Shown one piece after another: positions 20,201-28,300 of a stretch of DNA of 64,000 nt. Both the position numbers and the translations under genes were made by a program. Under the pieces are notes generated by a model. That model searched no databases. It was not told where the DNA came from and was given only the letters and a program-made list of their open reading frames with translations. Source of the DNA: Acidimicrobiales bacterium (GTDB taxonomy: Bacteria; Actinomycetota; Acidimicrobiia; Acidimicrobiales; Bin134); assembly GCA_965115985.1 (NCBI GenBank), contig OZ220474.1, forward strand, positions 988,909-1,052,908, read 5' to 3'. The stretch's first letter is position 1. Each line of letters opens with the position of its first letter.

Positions 20201-22245
20201 GCTGTCGTGGGCTCGAAGCGCGAGCAGAATCTGGCCCAGTTCCGACCAGCCCTCCTCCGGGTTGGCCACCGCCAACCATTGTTCGGGATCGTCGTTGGGA
20301 GGAATCAGGATCGGGCAGATGATGTAGCCGAACTCCTTTTCGGGGGCGGTACGCATCGCTCGACCGACCGCCTGCACCACGTCGATCGGGCTTTTGCGTG
20401 GTTCCAGAAAAGCGACCGCGCTGAGCGACGGCGAGTCGGTGCCCTCGCCGAAGATGCCCACGTTGACGATGCCGTGAGGGACTTCGGGGTCGGCCTCGGC
20501 CAAGCGGCACTTGGCGTTCTCCCGCTTGGCGACGTTGTCGGTGGCATCGAGATGCTCCAGGGCGAAGCTGGCCGGGCTCGAATCTCCCATACGGGACACC
20601 AGCCAGTCGCGAACGGTGTCGGTCTGGAGGTCCTTCACCATGTTCTTCGACTTCTCCACCGTATTCATGAAGGCAATGCACGACTTGATGGTCACATCGT
20701 GGTCGCCGCTCGATCTGGTGGCCCCGCCCATGACCAGTGCCAGCGCCAGACCCCGCAGATAGTCGACCGTGGTCAGCCTGGATCGACCCCTCGACTCGGT
20801 ATTCCGGGCCAGTTCGTTGGCCGCCGCATAGGCCTCGGGGTCGTTCACCCCCAGGGCGATTATTCGATAGTCGGCCAACCAGCCGTTTTTCACCGCCTCC
20901 ACGTAGCTCTTGCGGTAGAGCTCGACCCCGAAAATGGTCTCGTCGTCCATCGAACGAACCACGAATTCGGAGGGATCCACACTGTGGGTGGATTTGGTGT
21001 GGTTGTAGATGCGGGGTGTGGCCGTCTGGTAGACGCGGTAGCGGGCGGGAAAGGCCCGCTGATCGTGGCAGAGGGTGAACTCCTGGAGGCGGGCCTGTTC
21101 ATCCGGGTTGGGACGGCGGCGCAGGGCGGCGGTTCGGTGGGCCTCGTCACAGACGAGCACCTGAACCGTGGTGCGGGAGATTTCGAGGCTTCGGCTACGC
21201 GGCTAGCACTCTGATAGGTACCGAAGATGACGCTGATGCGATTGTCGCGAACATTGCCCCCCCCCCCCCCCCCGATCCAATCCGCGATTTCCTTCGGATC
21301 GGTGGTGACCAGGCCCTTCACCTCTTGGGCACTGACGTTGCTGTTGTCCAGGGTGGGGTCGAGCGCCCGCTGCGTGGCCCCTTCTTTTTTGGGGTTGTAC
21401 CCGGCAGTTTTGTCGGAGCACACCGCCATCGCCCTGATATCCCCGTGGGCGTGCTGAAGAAACTCTCTTCGTAGTTGCGCCACCAGGGCAATCGACGGGC
21501 ACAGCACCACCGAGAGCTGTCCTTCGGCGGTCAACTCCTCGACGATGCGCAGCGCTATGCGGGTCTTGCCGGTCCCGCAGGGCAGGACGATCCGCCCTCG
21601 GGCCTGACCCCGAGGCAACCCGCCCGAGTCGGTCTCGGCGTGGGCCCGCAGGATATCGACGCTTCGGGCCACCGCTTCTTGTTGCATGCAGTCCCGGGTT
21701 CGGGCAGCCTCGGGATCACGGCAATGCGGGCAACTTGCGGCCTCCGCCGAGGCAACCTCGGCTTCGGCGGACACATCGGCCCCCAGGTTGACCACCTTCA
21801 TCGGCTTCCCGCTGAACTCGATCACCTGCCGGGCAGTTCTGCTGGGCGGACTGGCACCGTTGGTGACCAGCCACAGCTCGGCAAAGATGTCATTCCCGCC
21901 TATGTGACCGAACTTGTTGATCTCGTGCTTGGAGATCTCCTCGCCGGTACCATCCTGTTCGAGCCTGCGGGCCTTGCACTGGATGGCGATGTGCCGTCCG
22001 TCCGACCTTCGACGAGCCACCAGGTCTATGCCCAGATCCTGAGCGGTGCTGGTGGGGTAATGCTGGTTTCGCGACGGCCACTCGGCCCAGGGGTGGACGT
22101 CGTCCACATCCCAGTCCGTCAGATGGCGCGCCACCTTCTCGGTGAGGCTTTCCAACCATTTGCCGTCTGTCTGCCGATGCGCGTAATGCTCGAGCGTCTC
22201 TCTGGCCTCCTCGAGCACATCGGCCTTGCCGCCCCCCTCGGTCAC
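17300..22245 (-). pseudogene. Type ISP-like single-polypeptide R-M enzyme (Mrr-type nuclease, SF2 helicase/translocase, gamma-class N6-adenine MTase, TRD), split by a frameshift near 21170-21190
   Basis: ORF 20890-22245 contains a PD-(D/E)xK Mrr core (GIDLVARRRSDGRHIAIQCK), helicase motif I (LPCGTGKT) and VIFGTYQS. ORF 17300-21160, in another frame, continues with LVCDEAHRT (motif II), QTATPR (III), QAVGRAMR (VI), MTase motif I VDLACGSGTLL, motif IV NPPF, and a C-terminal TRD. Joining the two requires a 1-nt correction between ...SRVAEA and LEISRTTVQVLVCDEAH. Confidence 0.75.
21257..21273 (-). repeat. Homopolymer: 17 consecutive C on the plus strand (G17 on the coding strand) inside the Type ISP-like gene
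   Basis: I counted this directly: cccc + cccccccccc + ccc. It encodes DWIGGGGGGNV between helicase motifs I and II. Confidence 0.95.
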
Positions 22246-22286
22246 GCCAGATCACGCTAGCCCGTTGGCAAGCCGCCGGTCTTGTC

Positions 22287-22316
22287 GGGGGGGGGGGGGG
22301 GGGGGGGGAGGGGGGA
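22287..22316. repeat. G22-A-G6 homopolymeric tract in the intergenic region
   Basis: I counted this directly. It lies 42-71 nt upstream of the Type ISP-like start (22245) and 78 nt downstream of the adhesin stop (22394). Confidence 0.95.
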
Positions 22317-22393
22317 TACCACAAGGTGTGGGCGAACCCCACCAGGGCCGGGCCGACACCGTCGGGCCACCTCCCCGCTTGGGGTTGGTTGTT

Positions 22394-25300
22394 CTATTCG
22401 GTGTTGTAGGTGTGGGCGTAGCGGATGGTGAACGCGACGGTCTCGCCGAAGGGTTCGGGGATGGTGATGGTGACCGTGGCGGTGGCGTCGGTTCCCTCGG
22501 TGACCGTCACCGCGTCGGGTACCGACACGACGCTGTCGGTGACCGCGGTTATCGTCACTGTTCGGGCGGTGGTGTTGCCGGCGGCGTCGGTGGCGGTGAC
22601 CGTCATGGTGTAGGTGCCCGCTTCGGTGGGGGTGAACGCCAGCCGGGCGGTGTCCAGCGTGGTGTCGTCGGGCAGGGCGGGTTCGGTCTCGTCGTCGGCG
22701 CGAGCCCACGCGTAGGTGACGGTGGTGCCTTCGGGGTCGAAGGCGGAGGCGGTGACGTCTGCTCGTTGGCCGACCTCTATGGTCACGTCGTTGATCGGGA
22801 ACAGAACCGGCGCCGCGTCCTCCTCCTCGTGACCCTCATCGCCGCCGTCACCGCTGGTGTCGTCATCGTCGCCGCCGTCGTTGCCGGTGTCGCCGTCGTT
22901 GTTGGTGTCGCCACCGTCGTTGCCGGTGTCGTCGTCGCCGTCGTTTTGGGTTGTTGCGCCGGTTCCTGTTGTGGGGGTGTCGTTTGAGGCGACGGTGATG
23001 ACGATGGTGCGGCTGTCGGTGTTTTCGTTGCCGTCCGAGGCGGTGACGGTCATGGTGTAGGTGCCCGTCTCGGTGGGGGTGAACCGCAACCGGGCCCGGT
23101 TCAACACCGTGGCCCGGGGCAGGGCGGGTTCGGTCTCGTCGTCGGCGCGAACCCACGTGTAGGTGATGGTGTCCTCGTCGTCGCCGTCGGTGGCCACCGC
23201 GGTGACGTCCACTTCCTGGCCGGGTCTTATGGTGACGTCGCCGATCGGTTCCAGCTCCGGGGGGTGGTCGTCGTCGAGGACGGTGACCGTGGCCGTCGCG
23301 TTGCCCAAAACGAAACCATCCGGCAGCGTCGATACCGGCTCTATCACCACGGTGATGGTCTCCACGTCCTCGTAGAGGTCGTCGTCGGGAATCGGAACCG
23401 ATATGTCCACCGAGGTGTCGTCGGCACCGAACCGCAGGGTGGAGACCACCGCCACCACCACCGTGGCAGTACCGGTGTTGCCGTGATCGTCCGACGCGGT
23501 CACCACCATCGTGTAGGTACCCACCTCGGTGGGGGTGAACCGCAACCGAGGCCCATCCAGCACCGTGTCCTCGGGCAACGGGGGCGTGACCTCGCCGTCG
23601 CGGCGAGCCCACGCATAGGTAACCGGGTCGCCGTCCGCGTCGGCGGCCGACGCGGTGACGTCCACTTCCTGGGCGGCTTTGACCCTGACGTCGGGCAGTG
23701 GTTTCAGCACCGGCGAGTGGTCGTCGTCGACGATGGTCACCGTTGACGACGCGTTGCCCATCGTGAACCCATCGGGCAACTCCCCCACCGGCGAGACCCG
23801 AACCACGAACGACTCGGACCCCTCATCGACGTCGTCGTCGAAAACCGGGATCGCTACCGCCCTGGAAGCGACACCAGGATCGAAAACCACCTCGACCACC
23901 TCGTCATCGTCGTAATCACCCCCACCAGGATCGCCGGAACCGGTTGCGGTGCCGGCGGTGGCGGGATCGGCGGTGCCGCCGGCGGTGTTGTCGGTGTAGG
24001 CGACGTTGAACCTGACTTCCTCGTTGAAGGGATCGCCCACTTCGATGGTGACCACCGCCGCGGTGTCGGCGCCCTCGGTGACCGCCACCGCCGCCGGTAC
24101 CGTCACCGGCGTGTCGGCTACGACGGTGATGATCACCGTCGCTCGGCTGCTGGTTTCGCCGCCGGGGTTCGTGGCGGTGACCACCATCGTGTAGACGCCC
24201 ACGGTGGTGGGGGTGAACCGTAGCCGGGCCCGGTTCAACACCGTGCCCGCGGGCAACGGCGGCGCGGTCTCGCCCTGTTCGCGAACCCACGCCCAGGAAA
24301 GCGTCCCACCATCGCCGTCGGCGGGGGATTCGACGACGTTGACCTCCTGGCCGACCTTGACCGTCACCAAAACCGTTCTGTCGTCGTTCCCAATGGTCAC
24401 CGTCGTGGTGGCGTTGCCCAGCACCCACCCCGCCGGCAGGGGTGCCGTCGGTGCGATCGTCACCGTGAACGTCTCCGCACCCTCCATCTCGTCGTCGTCG
24501 GTGACCGGCACGACGATCGTTCTCGACGTGTCCGCGGCTGCGAACACCACCGAGGCGACCGCGTCGTTGTCGTAATCGCCGTTCGTGGAATCGGCCGCCC
24601 CGCCGGCGGTGCCGTCGGTGTAGGAAACGGTGAACGTCACCGCCGCTCCGAACGCCTCTGCGGTGGTGATGGTCACCGTCGCGGTCTCATCGGTTCCCTC
24701 GGTGACCGCCACCGCGGCGGGCACCGACACCACCGTCGCCGGGTTCACCGTGACCACCACCGTGGCAGTATCGGTGTTGCCGTTCCCGTCCGACGCGGTA
24801 ACGACCATCGTGTAGGTACCGGTGGTGGCAGCAACGAAACTCAACCCGGCGCTGTTCAACGTGGTGCCCGCGGGCAGCGCCGGGACGGTCTCGCCAACCT
24901 TGCGAGCCCACTGATAGGAAACGGTGTCGCCGTCCGCGTCGGTGGCCGACGCGGTGACGTCCACCGTTTGACCGACCTTGACCACGACATCGCCCAGGTC
25001 GGCGAGCACCGGCGACTCGTCGTCATCGCCGATGGTCACCGCCGACGACGCGTTGCCCAACACCCACCCCGCCGGCAACCCCGTGGACGCGACCACCACC
25101 GTGAACGACTCCGACGGTTCGTCGAGATCGTCGTCGGTAATGGGAATGGTGATTGTTTTCGACGTGTCGGCGGCCCCGAACGCCACCGTGGTGACCGCAT
25201 CGTTGTCGTAATCGGCATTGGTCGGGTTACCGGCTCCTGTGGCGGTGCCGGCGGTGTAGGACACGGTGAACGTCACCGCCTCGCCGAACGCCTCGCCGGT

Positions 25301-28300
25301 GGTGATCGTCACCGTCGCATCGGATCCCTCGGCGACCGTGGTGGCGGCCGGTATCGACACCACCGTCGCCGGGTTGACGGTGACCACCACCGTCTCGGTA
25401 TCGGTATTTTCGTTACCGTCCGACGCGGTGACGATCATCGTGTAGGTACCGGCGGTGGTGGGAGTGAAACCCAACCCCGCCGAACCCAACGCAGTGCCGG
25501 CGGGCAGCGCCGGGACGGTCTCGCCGACCTTGCGAGCCCACGCGTAGGAAACCGTGTCGCCATCGGCGTCGGTGGCCGACGCGGTGACGCTCACCGCCTG
25601 ACCCACCTTGACCGACACGGCATCCAAATCGGCGAGCACCGGCGACGCGTCGTCATCGGTTATCGTCACCGTCGTCGACGCGTTGCCCAACGTGAACCCC
25701 GCCGGCAACACCCTCGACGAAGCAACCGTCACCGTGAACGACTCCGCCGCCTCGTCGAGATCGTCGTCGCTTATCGGCACGGTGAACGACTTCGACGTGT
25801 CCGCAGCCGAAAACGCCACCGTCGTCACCGCATCATTGTCGAAATCACCATCGGCGGGATCACCGGCCCCGGTAGCGGAGACATCGGTGTAGGACACGTC
25901 GAACGACACCGCCTCGCCGAACGCCTCCGCAGCGGTGATGGTGACCGTCGCCGCGGTGTCGGTGCCCTCGGTCACCGCCACCGCCGTCGGCACCGACACC
26001 ACCGTCTTGGCCGCCACGGTTATAACCACCGTCGCGGTGTCGCTGTTGCCGTTACCATCCGACGCGGTAACCGTCATCGTGTAAGTACCCGCCTCAGCAG
26101 GAGTGAACTGCAACCGGGCCGCACCCAACGCAGTCCCGTCGGGCAGCGCCGGAGCGGACTCCGAAGCCTTGCGAACCCAGGTGTAGGTGATCGTGTCGCC
26201 ATCCGCGTCGGTGGCGGTCGCATCAATCGTCACCTCCTGGCCGGCCTTCACCGACACCGCGCTCAACGACGGCAACACCGGCGACGAATCATCATCGGTA
26301 ATAGTCACCGTCGCCGACGAATTGCCCAACACGAACCCCGCCGGCAACGCCGCCGATGAGATCGCCACCGTGAACGACTCGGCCGCCTCGTCGAGATCGT
26401 CGTCGGCGACCGGCACCACGAACGACTTCGACGTCACCGACGCCGGGAACACCACCGTGGTCACCGCATCATTGTCGAAATCACCATCGGAAGGATCACT
26501 AGCACCCGTCGCGGTGCCGTCGGTGTAGGAAACGGTGAACGACACCGCCTCGCCGAACGCCGCCGCGGTGGTGATCGTCACCGACCCATCGCTGCCCTCG
26601 GTCACCGCCACCGCCGCCGGCACCGCCACCACCGAAGCCGCCGCAACGGTTATCACCACCGTCGCGGTATCGGAATTGCCGTTACCGTCCGACGCGGTAA
26701 CCGTCATCGTGTAAGTACCCGCCGAGGTGGGAGTGAAACCCAACTCCGCGACACCCAAATCAGTACTCTCGGGCAACGCCGGCGAAGTCTCGCCGCTCTT
26801 GCGAACCCACGCATAAGTCACGGTGTCGCCATCGGCGTCGGTGGCCGACGCGGTGACGCTCACCGCCTGACCCGCCTTGACCGACACGTCCTCCAAATCG
26901 GCGAGCACCGGCGAGGAATCGTCGTCGGTTATCGTCACCATCGACGACGCGTTGCCCAACACGAACCCCGACGGCAAAGTCGCCGAAACCGTCACCGTGA
27001 ACTTCTCGGCCTCCTCGTCGAGGTCGTCGTCGGTGATCGGCACCGTGAACAACTTGGTGGTGCCCGTGGCCGGGAACGACACCGTGGTCACCGCGTCGTT
27101 GTCGAAATCCCCCTCGGAGGGATCGGCCGCACCCGTAGCGGTACCGTCGGTGTAGGAAACGGTGAACGACACCGCCTCGCCGAACGCCTCGCCGGTGGTG
27201 ATCGTCACCGACGCATCGCCGCCCTCGGTGACCGCCACTGCCGCCGGTATCGACACCGGAGTAGCGGTGGTCACCGTTATCACCACCGTGGCGGCATCGG
27301 AATTGCCGTTACCATCCGACGCGGTGACCGTCATTGTATAAGTACCCGCCGCCACAGCAGTGAAACTCAACGTCGCCACATCCAAATCAGTACCATCGGG
27401 CAACGCCGGAGACGACTCGCCGCTGTCACGAACCCACGCGTAGGCGACCGTGTCACCGTCCGCGTCCGTAGCAGTCGCGTCCACGCTCACCGACTCGCCG
27501 ACCTTGGCCGACACCGCGCTCAAAGACGGCAACACCGGCGACTCGTCGTCGTCGGTAATCGTCACCGTCGCCGACGTGTTGCCCAACACGAACCCATCGG
27601 GCAACTCCGAATCCTCATCCACCGCAACCGACACCGTGAACGACTCCGCCAACTCGTCCAGATCGTCATCGGTGACCGGCACCGTGAACGACTTCGACGT
27701 GTCGGCAGCGCCGAACACCACCTCCGTCACCTCGTCGTTGTCGAAATCCCCCTCGGACGGATTAGCCGCACCAGTAGCGGTGCCGTCGGTATAGGACACG
27801 GTGAACGACACCGCCTCGCCGAACGCCGCCGCGGTGGTGATCGTCACCGTGGCATCGCTGCCCTCGGTGACCGCCACCGCCGTCGGTACCGATACCACCG
27901 TCGCCGCCGCAACCGTTATCACCACCGTGGCGGTGTCGGTGTTGTCGTTGCCATCCGACGCGGTAACCGTCATCGTATACGTACCCGCCTCGGTGGGAGT
28001 GAACCGCAACCGGGCCCGGTTCAAACTCGTACCGTCGGGCAACGCCGGAACCGACTCGCTGCTGTCACGAGCCCACGAATACGACACCGTGTCGCCGTCG
28101 GCGTCGGTGGCTCGTGCCCTGACGTCCACCGCCTCGCCCACCTTGGCCGACACGTCCTCGAGGTCGGCGAGCACCGGCGAGGAGTCGTCGTCGGTGATGG
28201 TCACCGTCGCCGACGAATTACCCAACGTGAACCCCGACGGCAACGACCCCACCGGCGCGATCCTCACCGTGAACGACTCCGCCAACTCGTCCAAATCATC

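Noticed and set aside
21160-21200. Programmed -1 ribosomal frameshift joining the two Type ISP-like ORFs.
   Set aside because: I see no canonical slippery heptamer or downstream structure at the junction (gccgaagcctcgaaatctcc). Mutation or sequencing error is the simpler explanation, though I cannot exclude frameshifting.
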